64,000 nt of DNA. It comes from the human T2T-CHM13v2.0 reference genome, Homo sapiens. The notes under the pieces are model-generated. The model ran no database searches. It saw nothing but the letters and a program-made list of their open reading frames with translations, and was not told the origin of the DNA. Made by a program: the position numbers and the translations under genes. The stretch lies in NCBI RefSeq assembly GCF_009914755.1, contig NC_060937.1. One strand, given 5' to 3'. Positions 24,801-39,379 of the stretch are shown here, one piece after another (within the stretch, counting starts at the first letter, position 1; each line of letters opens with the position of its first letter).

Positions 24801-27333
24801 CAGAGGCTCACCGTGTATGTCTTAGAGAGTTCTGACATTTTGACTCATTTCAGCAGCAAATAAATGAAGTGGAAGCCATCGGTCCCTTTGGCAGGATAAG
24901 CTGAGACCAGTGAAAGCTCATCCCTACCTTCAGTCTGTCTTTTTGGCCGTTTGAGTGTAGGGTGTCCAGTCTGAATATCTGTCCTTCACTGAGATGCAAT
25001 TTGGGATAATAGCTCTCCAGTGAAAATTACTCAGTATGAGGCTGTTGTTTACAAGAACTTTTCAGTTCAACTCTTCTTAGGGAACAAGAGGTTTAGTTTG
25101 GTTCCTAGTGATGTGCAACTCCAAGAATTTCCATTACACCTGGCTTGGATGTCAATTCTGTTTCTTATCACTCAATAAAACAATTTATTAGGAAAATAAG
25201 GTTTAAAAGTGCCAGATGACATATAGTACAGCCCTTGTAAATCATATATGTCCTAAATCTTGTTGGACAGCAGGAGAGGTAACTCAGATACGTCTTTCCT
25301 TAGGGCTCCTGGCTGGGAGCTTGGTCCTGAGGTCTGCGCTGGGCTAAAGAATGAGACTATGCAGATAGTTGGAAGCAAAGCGGGACGGCCTTGGACAACG
25401 TCTGCTGGCTCCAGTCTGAAGCCTGGCGTGGGCTGTGGGCTTGTCAGCTCTGGGTCCACTTTGTTATTATCACAAATAGGAAGCCCAGTCTCTTGGCAGT
25501 AGCCAAGGATGAGGGGCCAGGTGGGCTTAAGGAATGTGACACAAATACTGCTTTATTATGCACTTCTTGGTTTTTCCATCGAACTTTAAAGGTGGCAGTA
25601 TTAAGGATAAATGATCAGGCATTGCATGGGAGCAGAAACAGTTCTGCCTCTCCCGAACATCTCCTATGTCCTGTTATGCCCCCATACTTCTCTGGTGATT
25701 TATCTTTTCAAATCGACAGCCCTCTGGAGCAGTAGGAAAATCATTACCGTATCTATCTAGCGGCAGGAACACTGAAAGCTGTCATAAAGCCCAAGCTTTC
25801 TCCTTTTTGCCCTCATCATCCTGTGAACCACAGAGATTTTGTAGATACAAGTATTTTCCATCAAGCTTATGAATAACACCACTTGGCAGAGGACCCTGAA
25901 CAAAGAACCAGACTGCAGTGTTTTGTAGTGACTTTTACATACAATGTGCCTTAATTACTGGCAAGCCTGTCAAGAACTTATTCCCACATGTGTCAACACT
26001 TTCTTAATACACTGTAATTCATCATGTTAGCATGGCAGAAACAAGGTACTCTACGTCCTTACACGCGCCCTTCTCCAAGTGCTGGTCTTGAACTGCATAT
26101 CCCTTCTTGAGTGTCTTCATCTGGCGAACAAAGAACAGGTTATAGCATTGAAATGGTGAGGTCCCTGGAGCCCATCAAAGTCGTCCATCACTGAGTACTT
26201 TAGCTTGGGCTCCGGAGCACTCTCCATCCAAGAAGCACTGCTTTATTGTCAAAAGGACGTTCACTTAGTAACAGCAGTAAATCGTGAAAGGCAGTCTAAT
26301 TTTAGGCAGAACACTTGGCTAAGAGAGAATCCTATCATTTACCCCTCGTGACAATTTTATTCATTGAGTTCATTTTCATGTTAGTTGCATGATTAAATTA
26401 AGATCGGAATGTATTGCTTTTTAATAAAAAAAAGGAGTGCCTTTCTGGTTGGGGGAAAGAGGGCAGGAAGGGGAAAGGAAGTCTAAATAATAAACACTGC
26501 GTTTCAATTGGAAATAGAGTGATTTGACATGCCACATTATGCTTTCTGGATCATCTCTTAACCCTTTGGCTCTTCTGAGTGAATTTAAAAATGGGCTCTG
26601 AGCCTGATGGTTTGGGAAAGAAGTGGTGAATCTGAGCCCTGTCTCAGAGAAAAATTGGCATGGGGTCCCAAAGCAACTTTGCTTTTAATACTTATTCAGA
26701 TTGCTTATTTCACTTTTGTATTTCAGTTTTATAGCTGAGGAGAGGGAAGATAAATTTATCTACCTCAAGTTTCAGATTGCATGAGATATGCTTCATATGA
26801 TCTCTTGGGTAATGCATGCATTTTAGAAAGTTCAGAAGGAAGGGACCACAGATCTGGGTGTGAGAAGCAGAAAAGTTTTCTTTCTGGTACTGCTGAAGCT
26901 TTAAAGAAAGTTCTCTCTGAGTGTCTGTCTTGCAATCTGTAAAACCTAGTGTTTGATGGCCATTCCTTACTCTCAGTTATTGAAATACATGAGTAGAGTT
27001 CATGGCGGCATCTTGGTCAACAAGGGAGCGGCCACCTGTTTTGTATTAATCTTTTACATTTCTTCTCATGGTATTTTCCAATAATTGGAACAAATTACAT
27101 ATGGTAGAACTATGCTAACAGTGCTTAAACTTTAATATTTGTCAAATATTGAGTATGTATTTTAACAAGCATGAGAATGCCATAGTACAAACATATGAAT
27201 AATAAGCAATGCCTTCCCCATATAGCAACAGGCTAGTTCTCTCTTAATGAACACATTCATTATACAATTATGATGATGCCAAAGCACATAGGGAAGCATA
27301 CGTCTTTCTGTTTTCTAGAGATTTGCAATCTAA

Positions 27334-27604
27334 TTGCACTCTGTAATTCAGTTAAGCAAAATTCTACCCCATGTTTTCCTCTGTCCTTGACTCTTCTTTC
27401 TGTTTCGACTAAGTTCAAAACAGAACCTATTAGTGCTAATGAGTTCATTCAGTTCAGTTCAAAACAGTGCTAATAAGTTCATTCATTATCGCCTATGGTC
27501 AGTGCCTAAACCACGATTGTTGAATAAGTATATTGAAGTTTTGAACATGACGTGTTAATTTTTGGAAGGTTTTTATGAGTTGGTTAATAAAATAATATTA
27601 ACAA
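27334..27604 (+). repeat. 271-bp local direct repeat, copy 1
   Basis: Ungapped match to 28309-28579 with 18 mismatches by manual alignment. Confidence 0.95.
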
Positions 27605-27869
27605 CAGTGGTGTGTGTATGGTTACGAGCCAGTAGGAGGGGTCCTGACAGTAAGTACTGGGGAGGAAAGGGCTTGCAGAGGAGGAGTTGTCACTGGAGTT
27701 AGGCCTTTCCTGATAAAAGGGCTTTTCAGAGCAGAAGATAAGGACAATTCCAGGAAGAGAGAAAATCGACAGACACAACATCTCTGACATCTCTGAAAGA
27801 AGCTTTTTAACTTTCTGGAGAGACACAGTGTTAAAATATACATCAAATAACTTGATAAAACTGAATACA

Positions 27870-28295
27870 TCATTTTTTTTCTTTCCGGTTTGCTTCCTTT
27901 GTGTATTCATGGAATACACACGTGTTTCCTTTGTGTATTCATGGAACCAACATCCTGTCAGTTTTCCAGGTTCTAAATCTCAAAGGAAAATCTCTTTGCT
28001 TCTTCTCTTTCACTCTGTCACCCGAGTCCAAATGTACATGGAAACCCTGTTGATTTCATTCTGTAATATTTCTCCAAGCCCTCTGCTCCTCTCACCACTC
28101 CGCTGTCCCTGATCTCAGACTGTCAATCACTGTGATCTCGGCCTCCAGTCTTTCTGCCTGATTCATTTTACGCTTAGCTGTCGGATTAGGGCTTTTTTGA
28201 AGCACGACTCTTATACTCTTCTACTCAAAAACCTTCACTGTTTATAGGAAAAGGTCCAAATTCCCTAGTCAACATGCAAGCGCCTCTTCATTTGG
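27870..28295 (+). mobile_element. L2 fragment inside the spacer between the repeat copies
   Basis: Pyrimidine-rich L2-like text (TACTCAAAAACCTTCA...TATAGGAAAAGGTCCAAATTCC). Confidence 0.5.
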
Positions 28296-28308
28296 CTGTA
28301 TAGTACTT

Positions 28309-28579
28309 TTGCACTCTGTAATTCAGTTAAGCAAAATTCTACCCCATGTTTTTCTCTGTCCTTGACTGTTCTTTCTGTTTTGACTAAGTTCAAATCAGAA
28401 CTTACTAGTGCTAATAAGTTCATTCAGTTCAGTTCAAAACAGTGCTAATAAGTTCATTCATTTTTGTCTATGGCCAGTGCTTAAACTGTGATTGTTGAAT
28501 AAGTATATTGAAATTTTGAACATGATGTGTTAATTTTTGGAAGGTTTTTATGGGTTGGTTAATAAAATAATATTAACAA
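28309..28579 (+). repeat. 271-bp local direct repeat, copy 2
   Basis: TTGCACTCTGTAATTCAGTTAAGC...ATAATATTAACAA, matches 27334-27604. Confidence 0.95.
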
Positions 28580-28829
28580 GAGTTAGAGATTAATTATCCC
28601 TAGAAGTATTACTATCCGTGTATAAGAACAATATTTTAAAAATTTTCTTCTATTTGCCTGAAATCAATGGTCCTATTGATTACTAGTAAATTTAGAAATC
28701 CTTTAAATCACTTTCTTCCTAATAAAATTAGATTATGATAATCAAAAGTCCTGATACATGATTATAGCCAGCAGGGAAATAGGAGGAAGAAGAAGATCAA
28801 TGTATTAGAGTCAATGTATAGTGTACAAT

Positions 28830-29172
28830 ATACAGCTAATATACCTCACTTAACACTAATAAGATAAATGCCCACGTTCCATGATTTAATACAATAAAAG
28901 CTAATTTCTTGCTACACAAAGTCCAATGCAGGTCAGGCAATCTTCTAGAGCAATTCTTCTCTAGGCAGAGACTCTGGGATCCAGGCTCCCTCCAGCATAT
29001 GATGTCACCCTCTCAACACAGGGATGCTTTGGCATAACAGTGCTTATTTTCACATATCACTTTCACTCATATGTTATTGATCAGAACCAGTCACATGGCC
29101 CTGCCTACTGCAAGGCACCTGAGAAGTACAGAGGAGCATATGGAACATTTGGTGAGTCCTACTATCTCTGCT
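28830..29172 (-). mobile_element. MLT1J/K-type MaLR LTR
   Basis: GGGATCCAGGCTCC; ATTGATCAGAACCAGTCACATGGCC...ACTGCAAGG. Confidence 0.65.
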
Positions 29173-29184
29173 TTAGAAAATAGA

Positions 29185-29410
29185 GTTAGTGAGAAGTATG
29201 ATGGTGGAATCCCAAGTATTAATACAGAAGATGATGGTCTGCCTCTTACTAGCTCTGTCAGGTTGTTTGACCCTTCTGTGCCTCAGTTTATAGATATAAC
29301 TGCATATTTTTATGATAATAGTAGCTACTTCATAGGTAGAGTTTAAAATCCCTGCAAAACATTTGGAAGGATGCCTGGATTATTTTAAGTTTCACTTGAT
29401 GATAGCTATT
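29185..29410 (+). mobile_element. MIR fragment
   Basis: TCTGCCTCTTACTAGCTCTGT; TCTGTGCCTCAGTTT. Confidence 0.55.
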
Positions 29411-29690
29411 ATTATTATTAATATGAGAAACTAGGAATGAGAGACAATGGAGACCACTGAAGTAAAATTAATTTGAAATAAAATTATTAAAAATAAGGCT
29501 TAGTATGAAAACTAAAGGTCTGTTTTGGCTTTGATAGGCTTCGGTAAAACAATCACAGTGGCCAAGGGGTCTATCAGGTTATTTTCTTGAGGAATTCAGA
29601 TAAAGAAATATAGTTATTTTATTATTATTGTTTTTAAAGTGCTCTTTCTGAAAATTAGGCTCAGAAGACCAGATTTTAAACTTATGGTTA

Positions 29691-32106
<2,416 letters not shown>

Positions 32107-32529
32107 ACAATGAGAACACATGGACACAGGAAGGGGAACATCACACACCAGGGCCTGTTGTGGGGTGGGGGGAGGGGGGAGGGATAGCATGAGACGATAC
32201 ACCTAATGTTAAATGACGAGTTAATGGGTGCAGCACACCAGCATGGCACATGTATACATATGTAACTAACCTGCACATTGTACACATGTACCCTAAAACT
32301 TAAAGTATAATAATAATAATAATAATAATAAATAAACTTATGGCGTGGATAAAGAGGATTCAGTTAACAAGACCAGTCTTTTAATTATGGGATAGTAGAA
32401 TGAACTGGAGGGTGATCCTCAGCTTCCCTGCAATAGAAGATGATAAAATAATTCATTTATGAGGAAACCTACACCTTTGGGGTTCACTTGAGCCAAACAG
32501 ACAATGGAGCCTGCTGGAGCAGTTCAGAA

Positions 32530-32770
32530 TGGTGGTTTCAGCATACCCTCTGGAGCTGGGCTGTGGACTCCAAGTCCTGACTCAGTCTCTTGCCAGTTGT
32601 ACTGCCTTAATCCTCCTATGTCTCAACTTCACTATCTATAAACTGGGTATAATAATTATACTCACCCACCCAGTACAGTTGTTGTGAGAATGAAAGACAT
32701 TAATTTATTTAAAGCACTTTGAAAATGCTAGCTCCATAGTGAGTGGTCATTGATTGCTAGCTGTTATTAT
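32530..32770 (+). mobile_element. MIR SINE
   Basis: CTCTGGAGCTGGGC; TCTCAACTTCACTATCTATAAACTGGGTATAATAAT; GTTGTGAGAATGAAA. Confidence 0.65.
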
Positions 32771-33740
32771 TTTCTCTCTGAGGACAATGAAAATGTAAAA
32801 ATGATCAGGAGAGTAGGACAGAAAGTCTGGATGAGAAATGGTGAAAAATGTCAGCGGTGCACAGCAAATGTTGACAGTGAGGTATATTAAGCTGTAGAAC
32901 AGAGTCCCCAAGGACCAGATGAAATCTGCTGTTTGAGTCATGTAGGGTCAGACAAAGTACCAGAGAATAGGCCATAGGAAGTGTTCTCATGCTTGTAAGT
33001 TTAGGGACAAGATGATCTAATAAGGTATTTTTCACCTTGAAGTTGTCTGATGACTGGGTTAGAAAGCTGGAGAAACTGACAGATTGTTCTTTTCAGGGAG
33101 GGAACTATGCTAGGCAAGTCTGTGTAGATTTAGTCAGAAATGTAGTTCTGAGTGCAGTGTCAACATGCATCATCACTTACAGAGGTAGGAGCTCTTCAGG
33201 TTCCAAAGTCAGGTGCGGAATGAAGGCAAAACACCTGGCTAATTTGGGCCAAAATGCTACAAAATGAGGGAAAGGAAGCCTTTGAATTTAAATTATCTGG
33301 AAAATGACTTCAATTTCCAACATAATTTTGTATGTTATAAACATTTCTTACTGTAGATATTTTGGAAGGCAAGTGTGTGGATTAAGGATCTTTTCATCAG
33401 CCTTAATAAAGAAGGTTTGCAATGTTTTTTATTTCTTGGCATTATTTTTAATGTCTCACACTAAATACAGATGCCAGGTACATGTTCAGATAAGTAGCCT
33501 TACTTCCAATTTTATTTTTCCTTAGCCAGGAGAGGGAAATTTATGTGCATTGGTAGAAATAATGAAAAGGAAATTTAGCATCCTCCAAAAAGTCATAACA
33601 TTATATGAGGATACCTAGTTTATATGAGAATACCTATATGAGGATAGTGTGTCTTTCAAAAAGTATTTTTAATATTATATTATTTATATTTGAAAATAAA
33701 TAACAACTTTCATTTTCTTAATATAAGTTACTTAAAGTAA

Positions 33741-34079
<339 letters not shown>

Positions 34080-34136
34080 AAGGCAATGATTTTTAATGGT
34101 TTTTGGGAAGCAGATTTTATAATATATTAAAGGAAG

Positions 34137-34157
34137 GTGTGTGTGTGTGTGTGTGTG
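34137..34157. repeat. (GT)10 microsatellite
   Basis: Read directly. Confidence 0.95.
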
Positions 34158-34279
34158 GGTACGTAATACATACAAATATATCCATTCATCTTTTAATAAA
34201 CTAGGTTCAGCATCTCAACATATGAAGACCATACTTTTTGCCTAGGATAAGCTCAGTTTATTCTCATACCAAGGAAAAG

Positions 34280-34440
34280 CAGGGCAGTATAGTAGCAAAG
34301 TTACAGGGACAGAAATTCAAAGAGCTGGGTTCCTATTCAGCTGGGGTTTTAATTCTGAAACCTTGAGCCAATCACTTCAACTCAGTGAGCATGTCTTCTC
34401 ATCTGTGAAAGGGGAATAATAATAACATCCTTTTATGATC
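34280..34440 (+). mobile_element. MIR fragment
   Basis: GAGCTGGGTTC; CTTGAGCCAATCACTT; CTCATCTGTGAAAGGGGAATAATAATA. Confidence 0.65.
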
Positions 34441-34572
34441 CATAGGATAACAATGTACATATATAAATGTCAAAATTTTTTCAATTGTGAAGTGCTAACA
34501 AATAAAGATACTATAATACCATAACTGCCATACCTGAACTTAAAGCAGACAGCAAAGACTCACTGCCAATAT

Positions 34573-34574
<2 letters not shown>

Positions 34575-34614
<40 letters not shown>
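34575..34614. repeat. (AC)20 perfect microsatellite
   Basis: Read directly; a perfect run this long is typically polymorphic. Confidence 0.97.
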
Positions 34615-34617
<3 letters not shown>

Positions 34618-34885
34618 AGTATTGTTCAAGTACACCATAATTTTTTGCATTTTTGGCTAGGCTGTTCAATATTTATTTTACAAATGTTTGTCCTATCTTC
34701 ACTTTAGAAGAGAGGGTGACCAGAAGTGCTTAAATCAATGGTGAAGGAAAGCACAATAACTATCTTTTTTAACCTAGCTTTATCCAACTCCCCCCTGCCT
34801 GCTAGCATGCCTGATCTGCGCATGAATATAAATATAAAGAATTATTTTAACTTTTTGTTAGCCTCTTCTCCAGATAAATGGGAAG

Positions 34886-35245
34886 TTTTTTTTCTTCAAC
34901 TTTTATTTTAAGTTCCAAGGTACATGTGTAGGACATGCAGTTTTGTTACATGGGTAAACGTGTGTCATGTGGTTTGGTGCACAGATCAACCCATCACCTA
35001 AGTATTAAGCCCAGCATCCATTAGCTATTCTTCCTGATGCTTTCCCCTCCTTACTTCCCCTGACAGGCCCTAGTGTGTGTTGTCCCCCAACCCCACCATG
35101 TGTCCATGTGTTCTCATCGTTCAGCTCCCACTTGTGAGAACATGCAGTGTTTGATTTTCTGTTTCTGCATTAGTTTACTGAGGATAATGTCTTCCAACTC
35201 CATCCATGTCCCTACAAAGGACATGATCTCTTTCCTTCTTATGGT
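34886..35245 (-). mobile_element. Older L1PA (about PA8-PA13) 3' end
   Basis: CAACTTTTATTTTAAGTTC; CCCATCACCTAAGTATTAAGCCCAGCATCCATTAGCTATT; ORF remnant [18 protein letters not shown]. Confidence 0.88.
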
Positions 35246-36064
35246 TCCTAGTAAGGAATGGGAACATTTAGTGTTCAGGTCTGAAATAATAATTTCTCTG
35301 AAATGAGCATTCTTTTGCTTATTCAGACTTCCTTCCATTGCTTCTGGCGTCATTTTGGCATGAAACAAACATCTGGAAACTCCTAACCCTACGGGATCTT
35401 GTCTTCTCCCTTGGGAATTTGTGATTGGACTTTTGACATTTGACCTCCCCCATACTGCTCTCATGGAGAGCCTTCATCTCACAGTAGTTGCAAGAAGGAA
35501 AAGATATTTATAGAACATCCCGTTATTGTACAGGATTGTGTCTCTAGGGTTAAATACTGGGTTTCTGCCTCCAAATGAGTAGTTTATTGTCTTCTGAAGT
35601 ACTGAAAATGTACAGAGTTATCATAGTTAAATTCTTATTCCTAAAACAAAAACAAAAGAAAATACTACTTGCTAATTTCTTTCTATTTTTATATTTTTGG
35701 ATGGCTTCTATTGCTTTGCAGTAGCAAGTAAGAGTGTTACAGAATTGTTTTCCCCAGAATCGAATTGCCTTTAGGGGGTACTCCATGTATATGTTTTAGC
35801 AATGATGCTGTTCTCAAACTCAAGAAATCACTGATAGAACAGTTAAGCATGTTAAAATGTTAGCCATTTCTTCGACCTTGTAATATATTTTCTGACAGTT
35901 GAGATAATTGGTGAAATACAGAATCTAGATTTGTGCTGAAAAGTACTTAGGAAAATTAGAAAATATTGCAAGTCATTTTAAAACAGGAAGAATATCTGTG
36001 GAGGTGATGGGATTCCTAAGCTAGCTCATGAGATTATAAAAGCTCAAGTTAAAATGTGCTGTGG

Positions 36065-37112
36065 CCTTATGGAGAATAATTCCAAATAATTTATGTAGAT
36101 ACTCCCCCTACCCAAAGAGGGTAGTGTAACTTCCATTCCTTAGCTCTCAGTTGAATGTAGTGACTTCCTTCCAAAGTGTACAGTATGGAAATGAGGAAAG
36201 GGGAAGGAAGAGTAATTTTACAATTAAGAAACCTGTCAGACTATAACAGTCAGGTGGTTGAGGCCAATGTTGACAGTTATAATGCATGTTGACAGTATGT
36301 ACCATTGGTATAATGGGATGAAAATAGCTTTTTACTTCTGGGGACTTCCTCCTAATAATCCGTAACCCCAGTCTGACCTTGAGGAAAACAATATACAAAT
36401 TTCAGTAGAGGTGTATTCTACAAAATAACTCATGAGTAGTCCTCAGTATTGTCAAGGTCATCAAAAACAAGGAAAATCTCTGAGAAACTGCCATAGCAAA
36501 GAGGAGTGAGTCAAAGAGGCAAGATAACTCAATGTAATGTGGTATTCTGTTTGGGATGTTGATGCAGATGAAGGGCAGTAGATAAAAACTAAGGAAATCT
36601 AAATAAACCATGGGCTTTGGGTAATAGTACTATATTAATATTGGCTCATTAATTGTAATAAAGATATCATGCTAATGTAAAATGTTAACACTAGAGGAAA
36701 CGGGGTGCTATGGTTTGAATGCATCCCCCAAAAAGCACATGTTGGAAACTTAATTTTCAGTCCAACTGTGTTGGGAGGTAGGGCTTAATGAGAGGTGATT
36801 AGGCTGTAAGGGGTCTGTCCTCATGAATGGATTAATTTGTTATTGAGGGAGTGGGTTTGTGGAAAAAAAGGGTATGTTTGGTCCCTCTCTCTCTCGCCCT
36901 CCCTCTCTCACCTTCTCACCATCTGCTAGGTGATGAAGCAGCAAAAAGGCCTTTACCAAATGTTCTTTATAAATTACTCAGTCTCAGCTATTCTGTAACA
37001 GCAGCACAAAATGGACTATGACACCGGGTGTGGGTTATATGGGAATTCTCTGTACTATCCTTCAATTACTCTGTAAATCTAAAACTGCTCTAAAATATAA
37101 TGTCCGTTTTAT
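36065..37112 (+). mobile_element. L1MC/MD-type 3' end, split by an MST LTR
   Basis: AATAATTTATGTAGATACTCC; GTGACTTCCTTCCAAAG; GTCAAGGTCATCAAAAACAAGGAAA; GGGAATTCTCTGTACTATC. Confidence 0.8.
36706..37023 (+). mobile_element. MSTD-like MaLR solo LTR with internal deletion
   Basis: TGCTATGGTTTGAATG start, CCTCATGAATGGATTAAT, end CAGCACAAAATGGACTATGACA. Confidence 0.85.
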
Positions 37113-38039
37113 TTTAAAAAGGCACTTTGGCAACTGTCCAGCTGATACCCTTCTAGTGATCAAAACTCTGCCAATATTTGGTGTCTTCTTGAATTCCTTG
37201 AATGACAGGCAATTAACCATTTCCAAAAGTGATACTTCGATTAATGCACAACTCTTAGTGTTCAGTCCTATTTGTTTATTTTTTTTGGTAGATAGCAGTA
37301 GCTACCAAAGAAATTTGAGGTGGCTAGGATTAGCTACTCCCCCACAAACATCCTACTAAGCTGTAAAAATACACATCTCAGAAGAGATTCTGCCCCCATG
37401 CACTTATTTTACTACCTTTCATTAGCAAATGGGTACAAAATAGTTCATATAGTTTGTAGGTCTGATAAAGTCTAAGCTCTCTTTTCTTTTTGGCATACTA
37501 ACCACATTTCATATGAAAGATTGACTCCAAGCAGATGTGATATTCGAGTCAGGATTTTGTACCCTACAATAGGCACCATAAAATCAGAATTCCTCTTAAA
37601 CCAATGATTGAAATCAAGCATCATTCCTAATCATTCAAAGTGCAGGATTTGTTGGATTTTCCGACTGTATTCATTCAAGAGTGCTTCTAAACTGTTTTGG
37701 CCCATTTCCCTGTCTTGGTACTTCTAATGTCACCATTGAAGCCAAGTTTAGTATTCATCATGCTGGTCACTAGTTTAATGAATAAAACCCATTTTTTTAA
37801 AGCATTCAGGATGCTAATTAGCAAAGCTTGTTGATTGAGGTACTGGTATCTGAAGGACTTGTAATACATACTTCAGAGCATGGCCTTTTCTGATGTAATA
37901 TAGGTGACCACCCATGAACTATGCATTCTTGATATCATGTCAGCTAACCATCCTTAGAATTAAAGCTTTAACTGGTCAAACATCATAGTACATTGATTAT
38001 ATGAAGTAAATTACAGACATTGGTACAAGTGAGTTCTAT

Positions 38040-38567
<528 letters not shown>

Positions 38568-39379
38568 TAAACATGGTGACAGAGAAGAAGTGCTTTAGAT
38601 CCACTGTTTGAGAACTCTAGTGGACTGCGGAAATCCTACCTTCCTCTAATCTAGAGTTTTTCTATTTTTTTTTTTTTTTGACAATAGAACACATTTGGAA
38701 TGCAATGCCTCCTAATAGGCCACAGAAGTAATATTCTGTGTAACACATAATGCACTCTCTTAATCAAAACTATAATAGAAGGTCAAATGGGAAAGGGACA
38801 GAATATGTATTCCCTTGGTAAAAACAATACAAATGATAAACACAATCATAGTCATAGTAGCTAATGTTTATGTAGTATTTACCATATGTGAGGTATAACT
38901 TCTACTAACTATTCTAAGTACATTATATACAGGAACTCATTTAATCCTACAATGAATCTGGGCCATCTATTATATTGATGGAAAATTGTTACCAATGATT
39001 GAATAGACTATCACACATTGTATACTAGAAGAAATTGCTATTCTATGACAAAATGGTGAGCTGGCAAAGTTAGAGAAAACCTAAAGCAATTAAAAAGAAT
39101 GGGCATACAGAGAACTAAAGAATTTAGTATCAGTAGCATGCATTGTACCTTTACAGCATGAAGGTCTTAGTACCTACAATGTTAAAAATTACATTTAGAA
39201 AATTAGCTCACAGCTCTTGCAGGTACTGGTGCAAAGCATGTCTTATTTAAATGTTTATTATCGTCTAAGCTTTTATTATTCCTTGGCTGTCCTAGAGATG
39301 TATGATAAGATATAATCTTTATAGAAGGAAAATGACAATTATTTCAAGTTCTATTCCTTAAGAAATTAGGGAAATAAGA

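Noticed and set aside
27334-28579. Small LTR retroelement (LTR-internal-LTR)
   Set aside because: No TG...CA termini, primer-binding site, polypurine tract or TSD seen; the spacer looks L2-derived.
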